This document shows positions 47,301 to 57,778 of a stretch of 64,000 nucleotides of DNA, in pieces; position 1 is the first letter of the stretch, and every line of letters begins with the position of its first letter. Made by a program: the position numbers and the translations under genes. This DNA is from Oscillospiraceae bacterium (GTDB lineage Bacteria; Bacillota; Clostridia; Oscillospirales; Ruminococcaceae): positions 30,654 to 94,653 of the forward strand of contig JAISLD010000007.1 of the NCBI GenBank assembly GCA_031260665.1, written 5' to 3'. Under the pieces are notes generated by a model that saw only the letters and a list, made by a program, of their open reading frames with translations, did no database searches and was not told where the DNA came from.

Positions 47301-48327
47301 GCGTCGATATGGCGACCAGCGTCTTTGCCGCGTCGGGTATTTCTTTCAAGTCAACGGCGTAGTCTCGCCGCTTGAACTTTGTGGTTTTGATAGTCACGAT
47401 GTCGGCAATCGGCTTGACCACCGCCGCTATCGCAAAATAGCTGACGACAGCACCCCACGCGCCCGTGCCCGTCACCCACGAGAGCGCCGCCGACAGCGCG
47501 CCGATAAGCAGAAGCAGCGACATTATATATCGTCTTAGGTTTCGATAAGGAAACACCAAGCGGAAATCGCCGCCGATTATCTCGCCGACGTCACGCGGTT
47601 GCTTTGGCAGCGGCACAACCTTTGAACCGCCGTCTGTGCCGGTGACGGCAAAGACTTCGCCGTATTCGGCACGACCGACAGAACGGCGCACGTATTCACC
47701 CGCAAGCCGCGATTCGTCAATGCCTATTTCCTCCGCGACTTCCGCCGTCATTGTCCGATAAAGCGCACGCGTTCTCTCGTCGGCAAGCGTGTAACCCTCG
47801 GCTTGCCGCAAAACACGCTCAATCGGGTTTATCCGCAAGAACTCCGCGCCGTCTATGTCGGACAACGCAAAGATTTTGGCGGCGGCACTTGTGTCGGATT
47901 CGGCGTGCTTCAGCACCGAGAACTTTGTCTGCCACAGCAACGTGTCTATATCGGCACCACGGAGAGCAAACCGTGCCGCCGCCCCGTTTGCCGCCGTCAA
48001 CAGTCCGTCCGCTGTCATCTCGTCGGCCGACAATGAGGCGAGAGCGCCGCCGAGAAGCGGCTCGGCGTTCTCGTCAATCGTCACGCGTATGTTCTTGTTT
48101 GCTTTCAGCATCGCCGATATTTCTTTATCGAGCAGGCGGCGGTCGCTTGCGCCGACACTTTGAAGAAAACGGCGGCGATAGGTGCGAAGCCGCGGGAATA
48201 ACGAGCGAAGTTTGACGCGCTTTGTTTCGGTGTTCAAAGTGAAACTCCTGTTTAATGTTAGACTAATCGGCTTTATTATCGGCGAAGTTGGGGATTTTAT
48301 ACAGAAGTTTTCACTCAAACGCACCAT
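41302..48327 (-). CDS. cyclic beta-1,2-glucan synthase-like multidomain protein (membrane GT84-like glycosyltransferase, alpha/alpha-barrel middle domain, C-terminal GH94 phosphorylase-like domain)
   Basis: GT region LSHDILEGG and QHRWYRGDLQN, with multiple TM helices. Middle region RFLPPDNVQYSPVYRVCFNTSPTNIGMYLL. GH94-like blocks FGFRDQLQDALA, HWWHD..GVRTRYCDDLLWLPY, GGGDWCDGYN and YTHAAVW. The N-terminal start is uncertain because there is no clear SD at 48327. Confidence 0.78.
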   Translation of the reverse strand: MVRLSENFCIKSPTSPIIKPISLTLNRSFTLNTETKRVKLRSLFPRLRTYRRRFLQSVGASDRRLLDKEISAMLKANKNIRVTIDENAEPLLGGALASLSADEMTADGLLTAANGAAARFALRGADIDTLLWQTKFSVLKHAESDTSAAAKIFALSDIDGAEFLRINPIERVLRQAEGYTLADERTRALYRTMTAEVAEEIGIDESRLAGEYVRRSVGRAEYGEVFAVTGTDGGSKVVPLPKQPRDVGEIIGGDFRLVFPYRNLRRYIMSLLLLIGALSAALSWVTGTGAWGAVVSYFAIAAVVKPIADIVTIKTTKFKRRDYAVDLKEIPDAAKTLVAISTLVSSEEDIAEGVAKLRAAKIKNRGENIGFCLLCDLPPSKHETSETDETLLSFAEKAVCDKEDGFVVLIRKRSFSKTQRKWQGEERKRGALLSLMRLLRPDGKPKERGFSLIAGDLTALDGVRFVCALDFDTVPTLGGVKDLVAVALHPANRRFGIISPRITVQLSAYLRTGFSRVMAGCGGSAGASSYDCFSSELYQDCFGEGTFTGKGLINVDLFLDKCGENAFARERVLSHDILEGGACGVLFAGGVEFSDGFPPNSAAYFARQHRWYRGDLQNFSYVFDGRFSGLTRWKLFDNARRAATPFIVMLCLFYGVWFAEPLFVLTGFLALITPFFTGFVPGLARGGRYALKRRFYSPVATQVTTLLRQCALELVLAPKAALVSLDAAVGTMWRMLLSKRGLLDWTVSSAFEKKRGGFSHLLTAEALGVAFLALSAYRGDMSAIVIGLFFSSVLPIMAWADGTRQSEHAKLSDGARFELEQQAEMMFEFYEDYVNAETRFLPPDNVQYSPVYRVCFNTSPTNIGMYLLAIVSAQALGYITPRGMTERAAKTISTIEKLEKWRGNLFNWYDTKTLKVISPFVSSVDSGNFLACLIVLKQSLLSVKSPDDLVFRVEKLISSTDIGAFYDKKRKLFSIGYDTDEQAFSRHKYDLLMSEARLTSYVAVALGAAGREHWQALGRTMGKCGRFAAPVAWTGTCFEYFMPEIFLSSKEGGAGYEAIRYSLYVQKKRAEETGLPYGVSESGYYAFDRMLNYQYKAHGTDAAALKAGMNRERVISPYSTYLTLSLDPIGAFNNLAKLQKLGLFHERYGFYEAADFTKRRTGGGYALVKSHMAHHVGMSIAGATNALLDGRIRRLFMSDERMAAASEFLEEEIIIGETVLDSPKGGGDDPLYDGAATYVGDISRYTPRARVVSNGAVSLIMTDTGVYDCYFGGVSVWKRTDDLYHPRGNLFALCENDRAALFFADESTNTKKNEYSVQFLSNCAEYYRNFRGIRAGMQVFALPNIPAEIRRFAVENTGGTKRILTLAAYLEPMLSSPRDFTAHPAFSDMFLKAKWLKAENLVIFSRKERTGDKEIFAAVGFVDVEQPYTFSFDRERVEERNGGIFSAFHCLDGGDGGEAVSPCALLGYELEINPHSQVEAVMFACFGDTEADVIETAEEIRDMEDYAPGPEVTSPLPPETVRGRLSETVLPYLLWTPLRDETAVRDNRLSLSGLWRFGISGDVPLITVSGGGDTLAYAAELKKSLSACGVQFDVAAICKNSEAVREAQATRGEAGTEIFVIDEENTDKETLSLIHAFSRYEIKSLELQSEQTDTRRRFPVIPCEPLGLTGNGNRFEENGLFIIEEPTDTPWCNVLANSSFGCLVSERSLGFSWAFNSRENKLTPWQNDLCADNKGEMLLLSAEHAFVDIVDGAVTLFSPNRAAYRSAYEDLAFTTEVNVYKKGAAKEITVTVTNKSAKEVNTSLAFYTEPVLGVERTASRFVSPEVVSKHAALLRQYGNGALSGAMCLAVNRECGFTFGRDAFFTRDNTADNRGGLIAAATVPLKLPPKHTDKIKFILSFTKNMTDPLSLCRAVVNTPYADAPRYKTDCEFKDFRFAEMATHWLPWQALGARIYARTGFYQNSGAFGFRDQLQDALAVCRFDKDAARRQIVRHSAAQFREGDVLHWWHDIMGGKRGVRTRYCDDLLWLPYVLAEYVATTGDADILGIKTRFLDAPPLRPNEHERYFEVNESEETADIYEHAKRALEHGFKTGEHGLILMGGGDWCDGYNEVGIGGKGESVWGSMFYALAAERFALISAYRGDTDYRDTLINRSVRLKQNLDTEAWEKDRYIRGFYDDGSKLGSVASRSCKLDLLPQVFASLCSMPDKDRVNIALDTALRELFDENGGVVRLFSPPFSRENTDERPGYVASYPSGVRENGGQYTHAAVWLGLALVKADRMTDAKRVAKAIAPFGRNENYKTEPYYLAADIYTNPSMYGRGGWSIYTGSAGWYLALLEACSKN

Positions 48328-48355
48328 TGCTTGTTGAAAAGTTAGTGTGAAGCAC

Positions 48356-48384
48356 TTGCGTTTTAACGCAACGTATGGTATAAT
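48356..48384 (+). promoter_or_regulatory. sigma-A type promoter, TTGCGT-17-TATAAT with TGG
   Basis: TTGCGT at 48356-48361 and TATAAT at 48379-48384, ~75 nt upstream of the ATG at 48460. Confidence 0.55.
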
Positions 48385-48459
48385 AGCTGTATTATCTTAC
48401 GAAAATGTTACCCAATTGCAACCCACACAACATATAGAACAAGTCTGACGGACAGGTAT

Positions 48460-49074
48460 ATGAACAAAAATCGTTCAACCACAATCATCACGGCGGCAGT
48501 GGCGCTGCTTGCTGTCGCGGCAGTCGTCTTTGCTGTAATAAAAGTGTCGCAAAGCGAGAGAATCCGACAAGAGTTCGAGGACGAAAAAGAACAGACGTTT
48601 ATCCCAAGCGCGGAACTTCTGGTTGAGATGCAGGACAACGCCGAACGACTTGTCGCCGCCGACTATGAAATCGTCAAGCTGTTCTACACCAAAGGGCTTG
48701 ACCACGAGCCCGAACCTTACGGCAACCTACCCGAGGACGGGTACTTCTTTGCCGTGAGCGACAAGTACAAGACACTCGACAGTATCTATGAGCTTCTGTT
48801 CAACACATTCACGAAAGAAACGGCTGACGCGATAAAGGCGAGCGACAAAACCTACGCCGACCGTGAAGGCAGGCTCGGCATAAGCGAGAAGTTCGCGCCG
48901 AACACAGGCTACGATATCGACTGGACTGAGCCGTCTTATGTGATAACGGCGGAAGCTGAAGATAAGTGTACCCTCGGTCTTACCCTCAAGCACGCGGGTG
49001 AACCGCTGAACATCACCGTCGGAATGACAAAGCAAGGCGGCATTTGGCTCCTTGACGAGTTGATATATGAATAA
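48460..49074 (+). CDS. membrane-anchored hypothetical protein
   Basis: N-terminal TM anchor TTIITAAVALLAVAAVVFAVI followed by a soluble ~170-aa domain. Its end overlaps the atpZ start by 8 nt, so it is probably co-transcribed with the atp operon. Confidence 0.55.
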   Translation: MNKNRSTTIITAAVALLAVAAVVFAVIKVSQSERIRQEFEDEKEQTFIPSAELLVEMQDNAERLVAADYEIVKLFYTKGLDHEPEPYGNLPEDGYFFAVSDKYKTLDSIYELLFNTFTKETADAIKASDKTYADREGRLGISEKFAPNTGYDIDWTEPSYVITAEAEDKCTLGLTLKHAGEPLNITVGMTKQGGIWLLDELIYE

Positions 49075-49381
49075 ATCGAAAAGCAAGTCGCTAATCAGCG
49101 CACTAAACGTCTACTCGGTCGCGGGGCAGTTCGGCTTTGCCGTTCTTGTGCCGCTTCTTCTGTTCATTTGGGGCGGCGTTTCCCTTGCCCGATACCTCGC
49201 GCTTCCTCAATGGACGACCACGCTTTGCGTGATACTCGGGATTCTCTCGATGATATGCGGGCTTTGCAACTTCATTGCTATGCTGATTCACCGCTATGGG
49301 CAAGACAAAGTTTGCTCGGTAGAAGCGAAGCCGACTCCGCGGTTTAATCGCCGCGACAACGATTATAGCAGGTTAAATTAA
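49067..49381 (+). CDS. atpZ: AtpZ/AtpR-like small membrane protein of F-ATPase operons
   Basis: 104 aa with two TM helices (VAGQFGFAVLVPLLLFIWGG...). It sits directly upstream of atpI. Confidence 0.6.
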   Translation: MNKSKSKSLISALNVYSVAGQFGFAVLVPLLLFIWGGVSLARYLALPQWTTTLCVILGILSMICGLCNFIAMLIHRYGQDKVCSVEAKPTPRFNRRDNDYSRLN

Positions 49382-49393
49382 AAAGAAGTATTT

Positions 49394-49819
49394 GTGAACA
49401 CATATCGACTTGAACGCCGTCACCCCGGCTTTGTTATCGCGGCAAGAGAGCTTGCGGCAATGGTGCCTTTCTTTATCGGGGCAAACGGTGCTTTGCTGAT
49501 ACTGACGGGCGTTTATGGGCTGCTTGTCAAAGGAATCGGCGTTGACGTGCCGCTTGGGCTGCTCGTCGGCAACATAGTTATGCTTGGGCATTACCTGCTG
49601 ATAGGCGTTGGCGCGGACGAAACCCTCAAAACACGAAAGACCGACAAAGCAAAGTTCCGTTCAAACACTTGGTTCTTTATTCGATACTTCGGTGTGTTTA
49701 TTATCTACGCGGTTCTCCTCACGTTTGGGCTGATATCCATTGCCACGTCGCTTCCGCCGCTTTTCTTCCCAAAGATTTATTACTTCGCCTCGGCGTTTAC
49801 CACAAGACACACGGAGTAG
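49394..49819 (+). CDS. atpI: ATP synthase protein I
   Basis: 141 aa, four TM helices, GTG start, between atpZ and atpB. Confidence 0.65.
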   Translation: MNTYRLERRHPGFVIAARELAAMVPFFIGANGALLILTGVYGLLVKGIGVDVPLGLLVGNIVMLGHYLLIGVGADETLKTRKTDKAKFRSNTWFFIRYFGVFIIYAVLLTFGLISIATSLPPLFFPKIYYFASAFTTRHTE

Positions 49820-49824
49820 AGTTT

Positions 49825-50547
49825 ATGACGCCACAACTGCTTGCGCGCGAGTTCAACCCACAAGGTCCGCTCTATCACAAGATTGCCGATATAGGCGGCT
49901 TTCAGTTTATTATATCCGAAACGATTATCGTTCAGTGGCTTGTCGTGTTGGCTTGGGGAATCATCTTCTTCATTCTCGGTCGCAACCTGAAAGAACGCCC
50001 CGAGTCACGCCGACAAGTAGCCGCGGAGTTCCTCGTCACGTTTTTCATCACCACGGTTGTTGAAAATATGGGCGAGAATTACCGCAAGCTGACCGTCTAC
50101 ATCGGGCCGCTCCTTTGCTTCTCGCTTCTTTCCAATCTTATGGGACTGCTTGGGTTTCGCAGTCCTACGTCAGACGTGTCGATGATAGCGGCGTGGGGCA
50201 TCATCACGTTCTTCATGGTTCAGATAAACAAATTCAGAACAGGCGGCATTGGCGGTTTAGGCAGCTCGCTGCTTCAGCCGGTCTTCTTTATGCTTCCGTT
50301 CAACATAGTCAGCGAGTTTTCAAACCCTCTGTCGCAAACGCTTCGTCATTTCGCCAACATTCTCGCGGGTGGTGTTATAGGCGGGCTGGTTTACTTCGCT
50401 TTGTCGGGGATTGTGCCCGGTGGCTGGACCGCAATCGGTATCCCTGCGGCTCTCTCGCTTTACTTTGACATATTCTCGGGAGTGATACAGGCGTATATCT
50501 TCGCAATGCTGACTATATCGTACGTGGCAAGCGCCGACATGGCTTAA
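49825..50547 (+). CDS. atpB: F0F1 ATP synthase subunit a
   Basis: Conserved PLSQTLRHFANILAGG (essential Arg). Start at the internal ATG 49825 after GGAG. The track's 5' extension overlaps atpI. Confidence 0.92.
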   Translation: MTPQLLAREFNPQGPLYHKIADIGGFQFIISETIIVQWLVVLAWGIIFFILGRNLKERPESRRQVAAEFLVTFFITTVVENMGENYRKLTVYIGPLLCFSLLSNLMGLLGFRSPTSDVSMIAAWGIITFFMVQINKFRTGGIGGLGSSLLQPVFFMLPFNIVSEFSNPLSQTLRHFANILAGGVIGGLVYFALSGIVPGGWTAIGIPAALSLYFDIFSGVIQAYIFAMLTISYVASADMA

Positions 50548-50588
50548 TTAAAAAACGCGAAGTATTAACTATTCAACAAACACCATAA

Positions 50589-50891
<303 letters not shown>

Positions 50892-50922
50892 CCACCTACC
50901 CAATCCCTGAAAGGAACCACCT

Positions 50923-51438
50923 ATGGGAATAACACTGCTTGCGGATTACTTTCCGTTAGTTTCTATAGACCCGTCAACCATTCTGCTGACACTCGCGAAC
51001 ACGGCAATCATTATGTTGCTGTATTTCAAGTTTCTGCACCAGCCTGTATGCAGAGTGCTTGACAAACGAAAAGCCGCAACCTTGAAAGAAATCGAGGACG
51101 CACGTATCGCGAAAGAGAAAGCCGAAGCGACAGAGCGTGAGTATCTCGAGCGGCTGGCACAGTCGAAAGAAGAAGCGCAGTCGCTTCTTGCCGAGGCGAC
51201 GCGTCGGGCACAGAAACGCGAAGAAGAGATTATCGCAAAAGCGGAGAAGTCGGCGGCGAATCTGCTTGAACGTGAGCGCGAGAACATAGAGCGAGAAAGA
51301 AAACGTGCCGTCAACGAGATAAAAGACCAGTTCGCGGGGCTTGTTGTGCTTGCGGCAAGCGCGGTCGCCGAGAAAGAAATCAACGAATCGGCAAACAGCC
51401 GGCTGATTGACGGCTTCCTCGCTAATCTGTCTAACTGA
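50923..51438 (+). CDS. atpF: F0F1 ATP synthase subunit b
   Basis: Single N-terminal TM helix followed by a long charged helix (KEKAEATEREY...). Confidence 0.88.
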   Translation: MGITLLADYFPLVSIDPSTILLTLANTAIIMLLYFKFLHQPVCRVLDKRKAATLKEIEDARIAKEKAEATEREYLERLAQSKEEAQSLLAEATRRAQKREEEIIAKAEKSAANLLERERENIERERKRAVNEIKDQFAGLVVLAASAVAEKEINESANSRLIDGFLANLSN

Positions 51439-51457
51439 ACCCAATAAGGGAGCAACA

Positions 51458-52015
51458 ATGCCTTCAACCGTAGAGAAACTCTATTCAGGCGCACTGTTTT
51501 CGCTGATAACCGAGGAGAAAGGCGACACTTCGCCGGTTCTCCAAGAAACCGAAACGGAGCTGTCGGCAGTAGCGGAGATAATCGAGCAGAACCCCGCGTT
51601 CTCTCGCACCCTGAATGCGCCGACACTTGCCGCTGACGAGAAACTTGCGGCGATTGACAACGTGTTCAAGGGCAGAGTCGGCGATTATACCTACAACCTG
51701 CTTCGTGTGATGACAAGCAAAGGCAGGCTGTCGTATCTTCCACGCACAGCACGTGCGTTCAAGTCGCTTTGCAACGAAAGGCTCGGCATTGCCGAAGTTG
51801 TTGTGTCGTCGCGTTACGCGCTCACTGCGGAGCAGAAGTCGCGGCTTGTGGCAAAACTTGCCGCGGTTATCGGCAAAGAAATTCGACTGAAAGAACGCGT
51901 GGACACAAGTTTAATCGGCGGCATTGTCGTTGATTATGGCACAACGCGGTTCGACGGCAGCGTCAAAACGCGGCTTGAAACACTGCGGCAAACTATCGCG
52001 GGCACAATCGCGTAA
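51458..52015 (+). CDS. atpH: F0F1 ATP synthase subunit delta (OSCP)
   Basis: Start at ATG 51458 after AAGGGAG. C-terminal LIGGIVVDYGTTRFDGSVKTRL. Confidence 0.88.
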   Translation: MPSTVEKLYSGALFSLITEEKGDTSPVLQETETELSAVAEIIEQNPAFSRTLNAPTLAADEKLAAIDNVFKGRVGDYTYNLLRVMTSKGRLSYLPRTARAFKSLCNERLGIAEVVVSSRYALTAEQKSRLVAKLAAVIGKEIRLKERVDTSLIGGIVVDYGTTRFDGSVKTRLETLRQTIAGTIA

Positions 52016-52031
52016 GTCACGGCACAAGCTA

Positions 52032-52171
52032 AATGTCAACAACTGCGGCACATATCCGAAGGTCATATCCCTCGGGGCACAGGCGGGCGACCGGAACGAC
52101 TCAGTCGACGCCCTTGCCACTCCCACAGAAGCGGAATCTCCGTGAAGCGAATTGTTAAGTTTGTTGACATT
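52032..52171 (+). repeat. 140-bp module 3 element with 11-bp terminal inverted repeats, inserted between atpH and atpA
   Basis: AATGTCAACAA (52032-52042) pairs with TTGTTGACATT (52161-52171). Interior: CATATCCGAAGGTCATATCCCTCGGGGCACAGGCGGGCGACCGG...GCCCTTGCCACTCCCACAGAAGCGGAATCTCCG. Confidence 0.9.
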
Positions 52172-52199
52172 AGATAGAAACCTACTAAAAGGTGAATAA

Positions 52200-53714
52200 A
52201 TGGAACTTCGTCCCGATGAAATAACAGCCCTCATCAAAGAACAGATAAGAGGATTTGACACAAAGATTCGCCGTGACGACACAGGCTCGGTCGTTACAGT
52301 CGGCGATGGTATCGTACGTATCCACGGGTTAGAGCAGTGTATGCTGAACGAGCTGCTCGAGTTCGACAACGGTGTGCGCTGTATGGCGCTGAACCTTGAG
52401 CAAGACTTTGTGGGTGCGGTTATGCTTGGGTCTGACGCCGACATAAAAGAAGGCGCGGCTGTTCGCCGAACAGGTCAAATCGTGTCTGTCCCTGTTGGCG
52501 AGGAGCTCCTCGGCCGTGTGGTCGGCTCGCTTGGCAACCCGATTGACGGCAAAGGCGCGGTCCTCACGACCGAAACCCGCCCGATTGAGAAAATTGCGCC
52601 CGGCATCATCACGCGTGAACACGTCAAGGTGCCGCTTCAAACGGGAATCAAAGCGATTGATTCTATGATTCCTATCGGTCGCGGTCAGCGTGAGCTGATT
52701 ATCGGCGACCGTCAAACAGGTAAAACCACCATCGCTCTCGACACTATCATCAACCAAAAGGGCGGCGACGTTATCTGTATCTACGTCGCAATCGGACAAA
52801 AAAGCTCTACCGTGGCTTCCGTTGTGCAGCAGCTCAGTGCCTCCGGCGCAATGGATTACACAATCGTCGTCGCCGCAAACGCGTCTGAACTCGCTCCTAT
52901 CCAGTATATCGCGCCCTACGCGGGTGCGGCAATGGGCGAGTACTTCGTCGAAAAAGGCAAAGACGTTTTGATTATCTATGACGACTTGTCGAAGCACGCC
53001 GTGGCTTACCGCGCACTCTCGCTGCTCCTCAAACGACCGCCGGGACGTGAAGCGTATCCGGGAGATGTGTTTTATCTTCATTCTCGTTTGCTTGAACGCG
53101 CCGCCAACTTGAACGAGAACTACGGCGGCGGTTCACTCACCGCTCTGCCTATCATTGAAACACAGGCGGGCGATATCTCCGCCTATATCCCGACCAACGT
53201 CATATCAATCACCGACGGGCAAATCTTCCTTGAAAGCGAGCTGTTCAACAGCGGCGTAAGACCCGCGGTCAACCCCGGCATATCTGTATCCCGTGTCGGC
53301 GGCGACGCGCAAATCAAGGCGATGAAGAAGGTCGCGGGTTCGCTGAAACTCGAGTACTCGCAGTACCGCGAGCTTCAGGCGTTTGCACAGTTTGGCTCTG
53401 ACCTCGACAAAGACACCAAAGAGCGACTTGATAAAGGCGAGCGTATCGTTGAGATACTGAAGCAAGGCAAGTCGGCTCCGCTTTCGGTTGCGAATCAAAT
53501 CTACATCATCTTCGCGGTAATCAACAACTACCTCAAAGACATCGCGGTTGACCAAATCGGCGAGTATGAGGAGCAGTTGTTCTCGTTTATGGAAGAAACG
53601 CACTCAGAGCTGACCGCAATCATCACCAAAGAAAAAGTTCTCACGTCGTCAGACGAGCAGAACTTGAACGCGATTATCGGCGAATTCACCGACAAATACA
53701 TCAAATCACATTGA
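52200..53714 (+). CDS. atpA: F0F1 ATP synthase subunit alpha
   Basis: Walker A GDRQTGKT, plus [11 protein letters not shown] and [21 protein letters not shown]. Confidence 0.97.
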   Translation: MELRPDEITALIKEQIRGFDTKIRRDDTGSVVTVGDGIVRIHGLEQCMLNELLEFDNGVRCMALNLEQDFVGAVMLGSDADIKEGAAVRRTGQIVSVPVGEELLGRVVGSLGNPIDGKGAVLTTETRPIEKIAPGIITREHVKVPLQTGIKAIDSMIPIGRGQRELIIGDRQTGKTTIALDTIINQKGGDVICIYVAIGQKSSTVASVVQQLSASGAMDYTIVVAANASELAPIQYIAPYAGAAMGEYFVEKGKDVLIIYDDLSKHAVAYRALSLLLKRPPGREAYPGDVFYLHSRLLERAANLNENYGGGSLTALPIIETQAGDISAYIPTNVISITDGQIFLESELFNSGVRPAVNPGISVSRVGGDAQIKAMKKVAGSLKLEYSQYRELQAFAQFGSDLDKDTKERLDKGERIVEILKQGKSAPLSVANQIYIIFAVINNYLKDIAVDQIGEYEEQLFSFMEETHSELTAIITKEKVLTSSDEQNLNAIIGEFTDKYIKSH

Positions 53715-53732
53715 CACCAAAGGAGAACAACT

Positions 53733-53849
53733 GTGGCAAGAGCGTCATTTATACTCAGCATTATAGCGATTGTGCTGTCGGCAGCATCGGCCGGGATACT
53801 CGCGGCAGGGCTTTTCTTGAAGAAGCAGACCTACTTTGAAGCGAACTGA
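53733..53849 (+). CDS. putative 38-aa single-TM peptide between atpA and atpG (not in the ORF track)
   Basis: GTG start 7 nt after AAGGAG. Sequence VARASFILSIIAIVLSAASAGILAAGLFLKKQTYFEAN. It fills most of the otherwise unexplained 170-nt atpA-atpG gap. Confidence 0.4.
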   Translation: MARASFILSIIAIVLSAASAGILAAGLFLKKQTYFEAN

Positions 53850-53884
53850 CTAATACATTCTGATTCACAACAGGGGCGTGGGCA

Positions 53885-56166
<2,282 letters not shown>

Positions 56167-56168
56167 CT

Positions 56169-56573
56169 ATGGCGGAATTTCAGCTGCAAATTCTCTCTCC
56201 CGACAAGGTGCTGTTTGACGGCAAGGCGGAGAACCTCATTGTTCGCACAACGGTGGGCGACAAAGGATTCCTCGCGAACCACGAGCCTTATGTCGCGGCA
56301 CTCGGCGTCGGTCGGCTGAAGGTGAAGCAAGACGGCGAGTTCCGCAGCGCTGCGGTGTCGAGCGGCATTGTGCGTTTCCGCGACAACAAGGCGCAAATTC
56401 TTGCGCAAAGTGTCGAGTGGAAAGACGAGATTGATGTCACACGTGCCGAAGCGGCAAAGGAGCGAGCAGAACAAGAGCTTCAGCAAGAACTCAGCGATAA
56501 AGAGCTTGATATGACCGAGTTTGACTTGAAACGCGCACTTAATCGGATAAATGTTGTGAAGTTTGATTATTAA
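56169..56573 (+). CDS. atpC: F0F1 ATP synthase subunit epsilon
   Basis: 134 aa with a beta-sandwich N-terminus (LQILSPDKVLFDG) and a helical C-terminus. It is the last gene of the operon and a hairpin follows. Confidence 0.9.
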   Translation: MAEFQLQILSPDKVLFDGKAENLIVRTTVGDKGFLANHEPYVAALGVGRLKVKQDGEFRSAAVSSGIVRFRDNKAQILAQSVEWKDEIDVTRAEAAKERAEQELQQELSDKELDMTEFDLKRALNRINVVKFDY

Positions 56574-56618
56574 GATATAAACAAAGCCCCCTCTTACTAA
56601 AGAAGGGGCTTTTTATAT

Positions 56619-57443
56619 TTATTTATCCCGTTTGCCAATCAAAAACGTCAGCATAAACCCGGCGATAAACATCGCGACACAGACAGCGACCCCAAAGCCG
56701 CTTGGTATCCCCGGGAACAACTCAAACACCGACGCAAGCACAAATCCGCCTATGATGAGATACGTTTGCCGCGTGAACTTCTCCATCGCTTTCTCAAGCA
56801 GCGCCGCACAGGCGAATGTCCCGACCAGCACACCAAACGCAAGTGGAAACAAAAATACTATGTCAAGGTTTGCGATAGCCGACAAGGTTCTCTCATAAAT
56901 GCCGAGAATCAGCAGAGTGAACGACACGGATATCCCCGGAAGCACGAGAGCCACAGCAATCGCGATGCCCGCGACAAATAATATCGCGACTTCTCGAAGT
57001 CCAATGCCGTCGGGGAACTGGAACAGCGTGGTGTTCTGCACAAAAGCCATAGGCATAAGAAGCAGAACGCCAAGGAGAAGCAGCAAAGCGTCAGTCCACT
57101 TGAAGTCACGCTTGCCGTCAACCTTTGGGATTGCCTTTCGGTACAGCATAGGTATCGTGCCGACTATCGCGCCGAGAAAGAGATACCTCATCGACACGTC
57201 AAACGTGATGAGCAGCTTTTCAATCAGCTTGGCAAACAGCAAAAACCCGACAAGCGCACCCATTGCAAACTGAAACAGATACAAAAAATTTTTCTTGAAC
57301 TCCTTGAATATGCCGCTTACCGCACCAATCAGCTTGTCGTAACAACCGAGGATTATCGCGGTGGTTCCGCCCGACACACCGGGCAAAAGCATAGCCGAGC
57401 CGACTATCAGCCCACTCAGCATTGTTTTTAATATTTTCTTCAT
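56619..57443 (-). CDS. DUF368 family polytopic membrane protein
   Basis: LLPGVSGGTTAIILG and a second half LPGISVSFTLLILG, which is the internal repeat of DUF368. 274 aa. Confidence 0.8.
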   Translation of the reverse strand: MKKILKTMLSGLIVGSAMLLPGVSGGTTAIILGCYDKLIGAVSGIFKEFKKNFLYLFQFAMGALVGFLLFAKLIEKLLITFDVSMRYLFLGAIVGTIPMLYRKAIPKVDGKRDFKWTDALLLLLGVLLLMPMAFVQNTTLFQFPDGIGLREVAILFVAGIAIAVALVLPGISVSFTLLILGIYERTLSAIANLDIVFLFPLAFGVLVGTFACAALLEKAMEKFTRQTYLIIGGFVLASVFELFPGIPSGFGVAVCVAMFIAGFMLTFLIGKRDK

Positions 57444-57460
57444 CGTTTCCTATTATACTC

Positions 57461-57620
57461 CTTAACCGGTTAAACTTTCAGTTTAACCTCTGCCGCTTCG
57501 CGGCAATTGGCGGCTACGCCGCCAAGTTAATCTGCACACAAGCGTAACACGCCGCTTCGCGGCGTTGGCACTTCGTGCCACACATAAAAACTCGGTGAGT
57601 TTTTATGTGGTTACGCAGTA
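57461..57620 (-). repeat. ~150-nt hairpin-rich element (module 2), copy B, inverted relative to copy A
   Basis: The reverse complement aligns along its length with 5226-5365. It includes the hairpin CACATAAAAACTC-GGT-GAGTTTTTATGTG (57581-57609), CCGCTTCGCGG twice, and GGTTAAACTTTCAGTTTAACC. Confidence 0.88.
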
Positions 57621-57655
57621 TAGTATGGCTCGTGTATCTTCGTGTTAAAAACCAA

Positions 57656-57740
57656 TTTCAACAACTGCGGCTGATATCCTGAAGGTCAGGGGCTGTCCGC
57701 TCCCACAGAAGCGGAATCTCCGCAAAAAGAATTGTTGAAA
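57656..57740 (+). repeat. 85-bp module 3 element with 9-bp terminal inverted repeats
   Basis: TTTCAACAA (57656-57664) pairs with TTGTTGAAA (57732-57740). Interior: CTGCGGCTGATATCCTGAAGGTCAGG..CCGCTCCCACAGAAGCGGAATCTCCGC. Confidence 0.85.
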
Positions 57741-57778
57741 CGGGGAGAGAACACAGAATAATTAGTTAATCAGACCGG

